NCBI GenBank assembly: GCA_963831685.1
Contig: CAWHRJ010000004.1
Location: forward strand, 64,812 to 128,811
Reading direction: 5' to 3'
DNA from: an uncultured Pseudomonadota bacterium
GTDB taxonomy: Bacteria > Myxococcota_A > Polyangia > Fen-1088
Length of the DNA: 64,000 nucleotides
Part shown: positions 54,293 through 63,442 of the stretch, in pieces
How positions within the stretch are numbered: the stretch's first letter is position 1
Layout: every line of letters begins with the position of its first letter
The notes under the pieces: generated by a model
What the model was told of the DNA's origin: nothing
Databases searched by the model: none
Seen by the model: only the letters and a program-made list of their open reading frames with translations
Position numbers and translations under genes: made by a program

Positions 54293-55293
54293 CCACGTTC
54301 CGCTACGCCGAGCGCGCGGCCCGACTGCTCCGTGCGGCACGCGCGCGGATCCGGCCGCACCGGTCGGCGCCTCCCGAGAACGCCATCGCGGCCATCGCCG
54401 AGGCGATCGAGCGCACCGCCTCTCGGCAGCGGCGGCGGCGGGTGGCGACGGCGGCGGGGTTCGCGACCGCGATCCTGGGCGCCCTCGCGCTCGTGGCCGC
54501 CGCACCCTGGAGATCACCTGGAACTATCGCGCTCGTGCCGATGCGGGTGCCAGAGAACGTGCCGAGAGCGACGCTCGTGGCCGGCTCCGAGGTGCGCGCC
54601 ACGCTGGCGAGCGCGGACGGGCAGCTCCGGCCCCTCCCGGCCGGACACGCGTGGGTTTCGGACGAGCGGCTGCAGACCGACGCGCTGCCGGTCGCGCTGG
54701 CGGGTGAGGACGGTACGACGGTCGACCTCGAGCCGCGGTCCGACCTGAAGTTGTTGCGCGCCGACGCCGAGCAGTGGCTTCGCCTGGGACGCGGTGCTGT
54801 CGCCCTGCACGTCGCAAAGTTGAAAGCCGGGCAGCGCTTCGTCGTCTTGACACCCGACGCAGAGGTGGAGGTCCGCGGCACGCGCTTTCACGTGGCGCTC
54901 GCTTCACCCGACGAGAACTGCGGCCATGGCACGCCCACGCGCGTCGTCGTGGACGAAGGCGTCGTCGTGGTCCGCTCGGCGGCGGGGGAGGTTCGCGTTC
55001 CCGCAGGACAACGCTGGCCGGCCGCCTGTCCGGCGCCGCCTGCGGCCGAACCGCCGCCCCCATCGGTCGCGATGAGGCGCCTGCCGAGACCCGTGCTGGC
55101 GACGCCTGCTTCGACCCTGGCGACGGAGAACGACCTTTTCGGTGCCGCTTTGAGAGCCGAGCGCTCCGGAGATCGGGCCGAGGCCGCTCACCTGCTCGAC
55201 GCCCTGCTGACGAGATTCCCTCAGACCCCACTCCGAGAGAGCGCGCAGCGTGCGCGGGCGCGCATGACGGCAACCACGCTGCCGTCGCGATAG
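54289..55293 (+). CDS. FecR-domain anti-sigma factor (single-pass)
   Basis: GTG overlaps the sigma stop (GTGA). One TM helix (AAGFATAILGALALVAAA). FecR-like beta region GQRFVVLTPDAEVEVRGTRFHV. Confidence 0.75.
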   Translation: MTTFRYAERAARLLRAARARIRPHRSAPPENAIAAIAEAIERTASRQRRRRVATAAGFATAILGALALVAAAPWRSPGTIALVPMRVPENVPRATLVAGSEVRATLASADGQLRPLPAGHAWVSDERLQTDALPVALAGEDGTTVDLEPRSDLKLLRADAEQWLRLGRGAVALHVAKLKAGQRFVVLTPDAEVEVRGTRFHVALASPDENCGHGTPTRVVVDEGVVVVRSAAGEVRVPAGQRWPAACPAPPAAEPPPPSVAMRRLPRPVLATPASTLATENDLFGAALRAERSGDRAEAAHLLDALLTRFPQTPLRESAQRARARMTATTLPSR

Positions 55294-55332
55294 GCGTGAT
55301 CGTCAGCCGCCTCCATTCGAGTCCAAGATTCT

Positions 55333-56520
55333 GTGCCTCGCCGCTTCCGCCATTCGGTTCTGATAGTCATTGGTGTCTTCTCGGCCATCGCGCTGGCGCC
55401 TCGTCGTGCCCACGCCTACGCGTGGATGATCGGTCACGGTTACGCCGGCTGCGCGGGCTGTCACCTCGATCCGTCCGGCGCCGGCCTCTTGAACGAGTTC
55501 GGCCGAGAGGAGGCCGGCGACACCCTACGCTCCCGCTATGGCAGCGACCCGCCGCCGGTCGAGCCATTTTTCGGTCTCTGGAAGAATCCCGACTGGCTTC
55601 TCACCGGGGGAAGTTTTCGCGATGGGATCTTCTTCATGAAGGCAGGCGCAGCGCCCTACTCCCAGCAGAACATCTTGATGCAGGCCGACCTGCGGGTGGG
55701 CATCGACGCGGGCCGCTGGCGAGCCGCCGGAACTCTCGGCGTCCTGCCGAACGGAGACTTCCCAGCGGCGGTGGTGACGTCCAGCGGCGGCCCCAGCCTG
55801 GTGGCGCGGGAGTATTGGGTCGGCTACACGTTCGAGAATGACGCCATCTTGCTGCGTGCCGGCCGGATCAACGTGCCCTACGGCATACGATCGATCGAGC
55901 ACACGCTGTTCGTGCGGCAGGCGACGCAGACCGATATCAACGACACGCAAGAACACGGGATAGCCCTGTCTTTGCGATGGAGCGGACTCCGTGGCGAGCT
56001 CATGGCCATCGCCGGCAACTATCAGGAGTCTCCCGATGCCTACCGCCAGCGCGGCTACAGCGGGTACCTGGAATGGAGCCCGCAAGGCCGCTACGCCTTC
56101 GGCGTCAACAGCCTGGTGACCTACGCCAAACAGGACGTCTCCCTTGGGGTCGCCAATCTTCGCCAGGCTCACGGTCTGACGGTGCGGGCGTCGCCGGTCG
56201 AGAGGCTGGTCTTGCTCGGCGAGGCCGACTACGTGGCAGAAGGCTTGTCGGGCCAGCCGCACTGGAATGGCCTGGCGACGATGCTGCAGGCAGACTTCGA
56301 GCCCTGGCAAGGGTTACATTTCATCGGCACGGGCGAGACCTACGGCTCGGGGCAGCCCACGACCGAAACCTCCTGGAGCGTGTGGGGGAGCGTGGCGTGG
56401 TTCTTCTACTCGCACGTCGATGTTCGGTTCGACTACGTCCATCAGAGTCTCTCCACGCCTCCCCCCGAGGGGCGCATTCCAATCGAGACATACTTGGTCC
56501 AGCTCCATCTCTTCTTGTGA
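55333..56520 (+). CDS. outer-membrane beta-barrel-like protein with N-terminal CxxCH motif (paralog of 13082-14251)
   Basis: Signal peptide ending AHA, then CAGCHLDPSGAGLLNEFGREEAGDT. Shares MQAD, LRAGRINVPYGIRSIEH and LLGEAD with the paralog. Terminal VQLHLFL. Confidence 0.7.
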   Translation: MPRRFRHSVLIVIGVFSAIALAPRRAHAYAWMIGHGYAGCAGCHLDPSGAGLLNEFGREEAGDTLRSRYGSDPPPVEPFFGLWKNPDWLLTGGSFRDGIFFMKAGAAPYSQQNILMQADLRVGIDAGRWRAAGTLGVLPNGDFPAAVVTSSGGPSLVAREYWVGYTFENDAILLRAGRINVPYGIRSIEHTLFVRQATQTDINDTQEHGIALSLRWSGLRGELMAIAGNYQESPDAYRQRGYSGYLEWSPQGRYAFGVNSLVTYAKQDVSLGVANLRQAHGLTVRASPVERLVLLGEADYVAEGLSGQPHWNGLATMLQADFEPWQGLHFIGTGETYGSGQPTTETSWSVWGSVAWFFYSHVDVRFDYVHQSLSTPPPEGRIPIETYLVQLHLFL

Positions 56521-56528
56521 GGCCGTCC

Positions 56529-57038
56529 ATGCGGACCAAATCCCTATCTACGCTGCTGATGGTTGGGTCAGCCGGGCTCTGTCTGACGCTCGAGCCCGCC
56601 CCGGCACGGGCCATTTCTCGCTTTCCAGGCAACATGATCGACTATTTCACGCCGCCTCTCGGATACACGCCGCCCTGCCGTGTTTGTCACATCGATGGGA
56701 CAACTGGCTCGGGCAGCGTTCGAACGCCGTTCGGCATATCGATGCTCGCGCACGGGTTGACGAGCGGCCGGGGCACGCTCACCCCTGCCCTCGACGCCCT
56801 CAAGGCAGACAACGTCGACAGTGACGGAGATGGTGTGTCGGACATCGACGAGCTCGTCATGAACACCGATCCGAACACCAGCGCCGACGTCCCGCTGTCG
56901 GCGAGCGGTCCTTCTTACGGCTGCGCGGTCGCGGCCGGGCAGGGCGGAGAACCGGCCGGGCTGGCCTTGGGAGCCCTCTTCGTGGCCGCTCTCGTAGTCA
57001 GGCGCCGCCGTCCTCGTCCGCGCGTCGACGGCGAATGA
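56529..57038 (+). CDS. secreted CxxCH protein with thrombospondin-type-3-like Ca-binding repeat and MYXO-CTERM-like tail
   Basis: Signal peptide, PPCRVCHIDG and DSDGDGVSDIDE. The tail is YGCAVAAG + hydrophobic helix + RRRRPRPR. Confidence 0.7.
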   Translation: MRTKSLSTLLMVGSAGLCLTLEPAPARAISRFPGNMIDYFTPPLGYTPPCRVCHIDGTTGSGSVRTPFGISMLAHGLTSGRGTLTPALDALKADNVDSDGDGVSDIDELVMNTDPNTSADVPLSASGPSYGCAVAAGQGGEPAGLALGALFVAALVVRRRRPRPRVDGE

Positions 57039-57057
57039 CAGAGCAAGCAGGCGCTGG

Positions 57058-57582
57058 TTACCTCTTCCCTTCCGACACTCGTGTGGGCGAGGCCGATCTG
57101 GGCGCCTCGGTCCCGCGAAGGAAGTAGCTCTTGAGTCGCGCCTTGTCGCCCGCCGACAGCTTCGCCGTGGGATGCATTGGGAAGACGTAGAACCAGGGCG
57201 GCATTTCGCCGGACTCCACCTGCTCCCAGCAGGTCTCTAGATCGTCCCCGCGCTCGTCCTCGTCGACACCGCGCCACTCGGAAAAGTTGAGATGCGTGCG
57301 ACCCTTGTGGACGTCGCGGGCCATCAGCCAGGAGCCTGGTGCGAGGCGACTGTAAAGGGGCCATCGCGTTTCGTTCGTGTGGCAGTCGAAGCATGCGCGT
57401 CTCAGGATGGCCGCGACCTCGGCTGGGGCATCGATCTGAAAGCGCTCGGGCGGGTTCGTCCCAACGTCTTTGACTGGGATGAACTGGATTCCAGCCCCCA
57501 CCACGACCGACCCGAGCCCAGCGAGCTTGACCGCCCTCTTGATGCGAGAGCGCACGTCCGAACCACGACCGACCACGCTCAA
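57058..57582 (-). CDS. haem-binding-domain (Haem_bd family) membrane-anchored protein
   Basis: N-terminal TM anchor. CFDCHTNETRWPLYSRLAPGSWLMARDVHKGRTHLNFSEW and EMPPWFY match the Pfam Haem_bd pattern as I remember it. Confidence 0.8.
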   Translation of the reverse strand: MSVVGRGSDVRSRIKRAVKLAGLGSVVVGAGIQFIPVKDVGTNPPERFQIDAPAEVAAILRRACFDCHTNETRWPLYSRLAPGSWLMARDVHKGRTHLNFSEWRGVDEDERGDDLETCWEQVESGEMPPWFYVFPMHPTAKLSAGDKARLKSYFLRGTEAPRSASPTRVSEGKR

Positions 57583-58064
57583 CCGGCCGGCGTGCGGGTG
57601 CTCGCGGAGACCGGCTGGCTGCCATCGACGGTGATGCTGCCGTCCGCGGCGATCGTCACCGCGTAGTGCTGGAGCGGCGACCGCGCCGGTCCGCTCGTCG
57701 CGCTTCCGTTGCCGTCGAACGTGGAGCCGTGGCAGGGGCAGCTCAGCCCGGTGGCGATCTTGTCGGCGCTGTCATCGAGTAGGCATCCGGCATGCGTGCA
57801 TACCGCGGACATCGCGTAGACGCCGTTCGCGTCCCGCGCCACAACGAAGTTCGTCATGACCAGGAGTGATCCGACCGCCAGGGCCGATATGTTCCCCGCA
57901 CCGACGGGGCCGGTCGGTGGCGAGCCGGTCGGATTCATACAACCCGATACCGCGCCGCCCATGACCACCAGACCCGTCGCGGCGCCGGCCAGAATCAGCA
58001 GCTCGCGGCGATTGACCGCCCGTTTGGAACAAGTGGAACAGCGGTCCGTTTCGTCGTTGGCCAT
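57579..58064 (-). CDS. Rieske [2Fe-2S] domain lipoprotein with Tat-type signal
   Basis: NRRELLILAGAATG twin-Arg signal with lipobox VSGC. Cluster ligands CTHAGC ... CPCHGS. Overlaps the downstream gene by 4 nt. Confidence 0.85.
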   Translation of the reverse strand: MANDETDRCSTCSKRAVNRRELLILAGAATGLVVMGGAVSGCMNPTGSPPTGPVGAGNISALAVGSLLVMTNFVVARDANGVYAMSAVCTHAGCLLDDSADKIATGLSCPCHGSTFDGNGSATSGPARSPLQHYAVTIAADGSITVDGSQPVSASTRTPAG

Positions 58065-58349
58065 CGCCTGCCCTCCGCGAGCTCAGTGCCGTCGGGTCTC
58101 GATGAGCAGGCAGATGCGGACACCGATCACGAATCCGGATCTAGACAGCTCGAGCTGTTCGGATCGCAGATCTGATGCCCGAGCAATCGGACGTCGTCAG
58201 GCAACCCACGCATCGGTCCGTCGTGCGATCGCAGCGTGGGAGCGGCCTCGCCATACGCAGAATGTCTACTCGCCCGACCCGGCTTTGCAGGCGGTCGAGC
58301 TGGTCGTCGTCCTCCCCCGGTCTGAGCCGGCAGAAAAAAACAGCCGACG

Positions 58350-58398
58350 CCTGCCTGCTTTCGAAGGCCTGGGGGTACTGGATGCTGCAACAGGCGGA
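58350..58398 (+). promoter_or_regulatory. conserved upstream element, copy 2 (cctgcctgctttcga-N5-tgggggtact-N12-aggcgga)
   Basis: See 51603-51651. Ends 18 nt before ATG 58417. Lies in the divergent region between the Rieske operon and 58417-59859. Confidence 0.6.
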
Positions 58399-58416
58399 GA
58401 TCTGCCTAGCTCCAGG

Positions 58417-59859
58417 ATGGTTCCGCACAGTCCAGGTTCCTTCCGGCGGTGTCGCTGGGCTGCGGCGATGGCGCTGCTGTTCGTGTCCGCGCGTGCCGAG
58501 GCCGCGGGCAAGCGGATCGGCGTTCCCGAGTTCGAGGGGCCGCACGAGGCGGAGGTTCGCATGAAGGTGATGCAACTGCTCCAGGCGCACGGCTTCGAAC
58601 CGGTTCGCTCTCGCGAGATGCAGGAGGCGATGCTTCTCACCGGCGCCACCCTCGACTCGGACGACGACCTGAAGACGCTGGCCAAGGAGCTGGGGCTCTC
58701 GGCGATCGTGACCGGCGAGGTGGGACCCAGGCGGGCGAAGATCGTCGTCCACGATGGCGGCGAGGGGTCGATCCTGGGTGACGCCTCGTTCAGCGGCGCC
58801 AACTCACGCGAGCTGGTGGATCAGGTGGGGCTCACCTTCTGGAAGAGGCTCGGCGCCGACGTGGAACGCGGGCACTTGCCTGCCGGCGCGGGCGGCGAAA
58901 AGGGCAAGGCCGACTCCGACGAGGCTCCGCCGCCCAGGAACACGAAGAAGAGACGGAGATTCAGGATGGAGGAGGCGCCGCCCGAAGAGACGGCCGCGCG
59001 CCCCGTTCCGCCGGGGGACCCCTGGCTCGACTTCGAGCTGGGCCTGGGCGGGTTGAATCGCAGCCTGACGTTCACTCAGAGCGCCGCCGCGCAAGGCCCC
59101 GTCCCCTTGCGCCCCTACACTCTGGGCTTCGGGCCGATCGCCATCGCGAAGCTGGTGCTGTTCCCCTGGATGGCTGGAAAGGTCGGCAATTTCGGGCTGG
59201 AGGCCGAGATCGAGCAGGGGCTCGGGATCTCGACGCCGTCGAGCGGCGGGAGCTTCAGCAACACCGTGCACGAGTACGCCGGAGGTTTCCGGTACCGCGT
59301 GCCGTTCGCGACCACCGACGACGTCTTCTTTTCGCTGGGGCTCGGCGAGGAAGCCTTCACCTTCAACGGTCCCAACCGATCGAGTCTGGCGACCCCCGAC
59401 ACCATCTACCATTACACGCGCCTTGGAACAGGGATGCATGTGACGATCTCCGACGGGATCGGCGTCTCGTTCGGCGGGGGCTACCGTTACATTTCCAACC
59501 GCGGCGGGTCTCAGATCTCGCAGGACTTCTTTCCGCACCTGACGGTGGCGGGCGCAGACGCCGACATCGTGGCCCGCTACGCTCTCAGCGGGATGTTCGA
59601 AGTGCGCGCTGGACTGCAGTGGCGCCGCTATTGGTACGCCCCGCATTCGCAACCGGGAGACCTGGTCATGGCCGACGGCGCGGTCGATCAGTCGTTCGCC
59701 TTCACCGTGGGCATCGCCGTTCTGCTCGGCGTCAGCAGCGCTCCCAAAGCCGCAGGGGGCGCCGAGGCCCCGCCTCCGCCACCGCCCCCCAAGCCGAACG
59801 CCCATTCGCCGGAGCAGCCGTCCGATGACGACGCCAGCAGTGGACCAGATAGCGACTGA
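58417..59859 (+). CDS. hypothetical secreted/outer-membrane protein
   Basis: Signal peptide (AAMALLFVSARAEA). N-terminal alpha/beta domain (KRIGVPEFEGP...), a Lys/Glu/Pro-rich spacer, a beta-rich C-terminal half, and a Pro-rich acidic tail. Start chosen at ATG 58417, beyond the Rieske gene. Confidence 0.6.
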   Translation: MVPHSPGSFRRCRWAAAMALLFVSARAEAAGKRIGVPEFEGPHEAEVRMKVMQLLQAHGFEPVRSREMQEAMLLTGATLDSDDDLKTLAKELGLSAIVTGEVGPRRAKIVVHDGGEGSILGDASFSGANSRELVDQVGLTFWKRLGADVERGHLPAGAGGEKGKADSDEAPPPRNTKKRRRFRMEEAPPEETAARPVPPGDPWLDFELGLGGLNRSLTFTQSAAAQGPVPLRPYTLGFGPIAIAKLVLFPWMAGKVGNFGLEAEIEQGLGISTPSSGGSFSNTVHEYAGGFRYRVPFATTDDVFFSLGLGEEAFTFNGPNRSSLATPDTIYHYTRLGTGMHVTISDGIGVSFGGGYRYISNRGGSQISQDFFPHLTVAGADADIVARYALSGMFEVRAGLQWRRYWYAPHSQPGDLVMADGAVDQSFAFTVGIAVLLGVSSAPKAAGGAEAPPPPPPPKPNAHSPEQPSDDDASSGPDSD

Positions 59860-59862
59860 GAT

Positions 59863-60099
59863 GTGCCACTGCGTGAAGTTCCACGACCCGCACATCCTCG
59901 CGTCGCTCCCCGCAGCGACGCCCTGATCCTGGTCACCTGCTTCGTCTTGACGGTGGTTTTCGACATGGTCGTCGCGGTCTCGGTGGGTGTCGTTCTCGCC
60001 GCCCTCCTGTTCGCGCGGCGGATGGCGGAGCTCACGCACGCCCGGTTGACTGGGGACGCGGAGCGGGGCGGGACACCGACGAAGATTCCGGCGGTCTGA
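59863..60099 (+). pseudogene. relic of a SulP-family anion transporter (last TM helices only)
   Basis: PRSDALILVTCFVLTVVFDMVVAVSVGVVLAALLFARRMAELT matches the conserved segment that precedes the STAS domain in SulP transporters. The roughly 430 upstream residues and the STAS domain are absent. Confidence 0.55.
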
Positions 60100-60389
60100 T
60101 CGAGCGCGCGGGACTGGAGAAACGAGGCTGGCGACTCGCGGTCCGTCCGGACCTTGCGTCGGCTCTCGACGCCGGCAGGCAACTGGTCAGCGGGTCGACT
60201 CCGTCGCATTCCTGACTCGTCAGCGCGCCCGCGTCGCGTCGCGGGCCGCCCGAAAAGCGGCGCGGCGCGCGTCAGAGATCCGCCGCCCGAGCTGACGGCC
60301 GCGCGCGGCACCCCGACGCGCTCACCGACGCCCCGATCTGCGCCGAGGTCGTTGTTTGGCGCCAACTATTTTCGCTCATCCTCCACCCG

Positions 60390-62306
60390 ATGGCGCCGAT
60401 GAGATCTGATATGAGGATCGTGTCCGTCCGGCGCGCGTCGTTGGTGTCGGGTTCCGTCATCGCGGGGCTCGCTCTGCTGGCGCTCGGATGCGACTTTCGC
60501 GCCGCGCAGTTCACCACCGAGGGACCCGGCGCGGGCGCCGCCGGCTCGACCGGCAGTCTGAAGCTCGGTACCGGCGGGAGCTCGACGAAGGGATCGGGCA
60601 GCGCCAGCGGGGCCGGATCGGTCGACGGCGGCGCGTCCGGTGCCGCGGGGCAGGGTGGCGCGGGGGCGACCGGTTGTCCCGCGCACTGTCCGAGCGGCCA
60701 GATCTGCCTGGGCGTGAGCTGTCAACCCGATCCCTGCCTCGCCGCCTCGGCGATGAGCTGCGCGTCGGGGACCACCTGCCGCGCCAGCTGCGTGGCGGTC
60801 GCCGACCGCTGCGCCGGCGTCACCTGCCCGCAAGGCGACACCTGCGTCGCCGGCTCCTGCGTCGCCGGCTGCTTCGCGCAGCCGTGCAACGGCGTCACCT
60901 GCCCGACGGGGCAGTACTGCAGCCCGGGGAGCGGCAAGTGCGTCCCGGTCAACGCTTGCGACGCCGCCTGCGGCGCCGGGATGGCCTGCAACCTCTCCTG
61001 CGTCGCCCCGAACCCGTGCGCAGGCGTCACCTGCGCCGCCAATCAGGTCTGCGCGGGCGGCAAATGCGTGGAGAACCTGTGCGCGGGCGTCACCTGTCCG
61101 ACCGGCAGCCTCTGCAGCAACGGGACCTGCCTGGACACTTGCAAGTGCAGCAGCAACTGCGGGACCGCCGGCAAGTGCGTGCAGGCCAGCTGCGTCTGCA
61201 CGCCGACCTGTCCCTCCGACGGAAGCCGGGCCGGGATGGACGACGGTTGCAGCGGCAAGTGCCCCTGCCCGACCGGCAGCACGCAGGCGACGAACGGTTG
61301 CTGCATGCCGAACTGCCCGGCCGACGGAAGCCGCGGCGACATGTCCGACGGGTGCGGCAAGACCTGCGCTTGCCCGAGCGGCGACGTCACCTACCAGGGC
61401 GCCTGCTGCAAGCCCAACTGCCCCAGCGACGGGAGCGAGGGCGGCAAGTCCGACGGCTGCGGCAACACCTGCAGCTGTGCCAAGGGGACGACGCTCTACA
61501 TGGGCGCCTGCTGCACCCCGAATTGCCCCACCGACGGGAGTCACGCCGGCATGTCCGACGGGTGCGGCAAGACCTGCGCCTGCCCGAGCGGCGACGTCAC
61601 CTACCAGGGCGCCTGCTGCAAGCCCAACTGCCCCAGCGACGGGAGCGAGGGCGGCAAGTCCGACGGCTGCGGCAACACCTGCAGCTGTGCCAAGGGGACG
61701 ACGCTCTACATGGGCGCCTGCTGCACCCCGAATTGCCCCACCGACGGCAGCCGCGGCGACATGTCCGACGGCTGCGGCAAGACGTGCGCCTGCCCGACCG
61801 GCGAGGTCACTTACAAGGCGGCCTGCTGTAAGCCCAACTGCCCCAGCGACGGGAGCGAGGGTGGCAAGTCCGACAGCTGCGGCGGGACGTGCGCCTGCCC
61901 GACCGGCGAGTCGATCTACAACGGCAGCTGCTGCAAGACGAACTGCCCGACTGACGGCAGCCGCGCCGGGATGTCGGACGGCTGCGGCAAGAGCTGCGCC
62001 TGCCCGACCGGCGAGACCTCCTACCAGAACGCCTGCTGCGAGCCCTACTGTCCCAGCGACGGGACCTGCGGCCAGAGCGACGGATGCGGCAGCACCTGCG
62101 GCTGCGCGGGCGGCGGCACCTGCAAGGTTGGCCTCTGCCCCGGCAAGACCTGCTCGCCCGCCTGCGGCTGCGGCGAGATCTGCAACAACGGACAGTGCCT
62201 GGGGATCATCTGCAGCCCGGACGTCGTCCAGTGCGGCTGCGGCTGTTGCAACCCCGGCGACAGCTGCGTGGCCGGACAGTGCATGCAGGGGATCAGCATC
62301 GGGTAG
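60390..62306 (+). CDS. large Cys-rich repeat lipoprotein (four GVTC-type modules + nine 35-aa CC-x-PNCP-x-DGS modules)
   Basis: Lipobox ALGC and a Gly/Ser linker. N-terminal C-x-GVTCP-x-G-x2-C-x2-G-x-C modules, then nine units CC.PNCP.DGS.G..SDGCG..C.C..G...Y.G. Confidence 0.8.
   Translation: MAPMRSDMRIVSVRRASLVSGSVIAGLALLALGCDFRAAQFTTEGPGAGAAGSTGSLKLGTGGSSTKGSGSASGAGSVDGGASGAAGQGGAGATGCPAHCPSGQICLGVSCQPDPCLAASAMSCASGTTCRASCVAVADRCAGVTCPQGDTCVAGSCVAGCFAQPCNGVTCPTGQYCSPGSGKCVPVNACDAACGAGMACNLSCVAPNPCAGVTCAANQVCAGGKCVENLCAGVTCPTGSLCSNGTCLDTCKCSSNCGTAGKCVQASCVCTPTCPSDGSRAGMDDGCSGKCPCPTGSTQATNGCCMPNCPADGSRGDMSDGCGKTCACPSGDVTYQGACCKPNCPSDGSEGGKSDGCGNTCSCAKGTTLYMGACCTPNCPTDGSHAGMSDGCGKTCACPSGDVTYQGACCKPNCPSDGSEGGKSDGCGNTCSCAKGTTLYMGACCTPNCPTDGSRGDMSDGCGKTCACPTGEVTYKAACCKPNCPSDGSEGGKSDSCGGTCACPTGESIYNGSCCKTNCPTDGSRAGMSDGCGKSCACPTGETSYQNACCEPYCPSDGTCGQSDGCGSTCGCAGGGTCKVGLCPGKTCSPACGCGEICNNGQCLGIICSPDVVQCGCGCCNPGDSCVAGQCMQGISIG
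61341..61747 (+). repeat. near-identical tandem duplication with 210-nt period inside the Cys-rich gene
   Basis: 61341-61537 equals 61551-61747 except for one mismatch (61370 t vs 61580 c). The stretch 61381-61537 is identical to 61591-61747. Confidence 0.9.
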
Positions 62307-62334
62307 GCCTCTGCCTGCCGGAGTCACCCGCGGG

Positions 62335-63441
62335 TCAGGCGGCGACTTTTCGGATGCTGCGCGCGCCGAGGAAGACCAAGACGACGGTCATCAAGAGGAG
62401 CGCGGCGATGTTGGGCCACAGATCGAAGACGCTCGCGTTGCGAAGGACCACGCCGCGCATGATGGCGATCATGTGCGTCACCGGGAAGAGGAGCCCAATT
62501 CCCCGGAGCACCATCGGCATTCCCTCGAACGGGAAGATGTAGCCGGAGAGAAACACGCCTGGAAGAAAAAGCAGCTGCCCCATCTGCTGCGCCTCCATCT
62601 GCGTCTTGGCGCGGGTGGAGATGAGAAGGCCCAAGGAGAGCAGGGCGCTCAGGTAGAAGAGGGCGATGCCGTAGAGCAGGAGGACGCTGCCGCGGATGGG
62701 GACGCCGAATCCGAACCGCATCGCTATGAGGATGAGCGTCATCTCGACCAGGCTGAGCACCAGGTAGGGGCAGAGCTTCCCCATCATCAGGCCGACGGGA
62801 TCGATCGGCGTGACGAGGAGCTGCTCGAGGGTTCCCCTCTCTCGCTCGCGCACGATGGCCCCCGCGGAGAGAACGATGCCCACCAGTTGCAGCAGCACCG
62901 CCACCAGCCCCGGGATGATGTAGTTGGCCGTTCGCCCCTCCGGGTTGAACAGGATGATTGGCTGGGCGGCGATCGCCCCCCGCCCGGGGACGACGGTCTC
63001 GAGCCGCGCCAGGTTGTCGCTGGCGGTGAGGCCGTTGACGCTGGCGAGCGCCTGCGCGCTGGCGGTCGAGTCGGAGCCGTCGATGAGCACCAGCACCTGC
63101 GCGGTCGTTCCGCGCACGCGGTCGTCGTGGAACCGCGGCGGGATGACGATGGCGATCCGCGCACGGCCGGAGCGGATCTCCTGGCGCGCCTGCCCGGGAT
63201 CGGTGGTGACGTCGATGATCTTGAAGGTCTTGGTGGCCTTCAGCTGATCGCGGAAGAGGCGGCTCTCGACGGAATGATCCTGGTCGACGATGGCGGTCGG
63301 CAGATCGTGGACGGTCTGGTCGATGAAGCCGAACAGCACGAGCTGCATGACCGGGAGCATGAGCGCCAATCGGAGCGTGCCGGCGTCGCGCACGATGTGC
63401 AGGAACTCCTTCCGGAAGACGGCCAGGAACGAGCGCCACAC
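62335..63441 (-). CDS. ABC-2 type transporter permease
   Basis: The N-terminal FRKEFLHIVRD motif, a large extracytoplasmic loop and five C-terminal TM helices. Immediately follows the ATPase gene. Confidence 0.85.
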   Translation of the reverse strand: MWRSFLAVFRKEFLHIVRDAGTLRLALMLPVMQLVLFGFIDQTVHDLPTAIVDQDHSVESRLFRDQLKATKTFKIIDVTTDPGQARQEIRSGRARIAIVIPPRFHDDRVRGTTAQVLVLIDGSDSTASAQALASVNGLTASDNLARLETVVPGRGAIAAQPIILFNPEGRTANYIIPGLVAVLLQLVGIVLSAGAIVRERERGTLEQLLVTPIDPVGLMMGKLCPYLVLSLVEMTLILIAMRFGFGVPIRGSVLLLYGIALFYLSALLSLGLLISTRAKTQMEAQQMGQLLFLPGVFLSGYIFPFEGMPMVLRGIGLLFPVTHMIAIMRGVVLRNASVFDLWPNIAALLLMTVVLVFLGARSIRKVAA

Positions 63442-63442
63442 G

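Noticed and set aside
58331-58356. A-run (aaaaaaa) with flanking ggcag/ctgcc, which could be a terminator on the minus strand.
   Set aside because: The stem is only 5 bp with a 17-nt loop. It lies upstream of the Rieske operon start, not downstream of any gene, so a terminator call is not supported.
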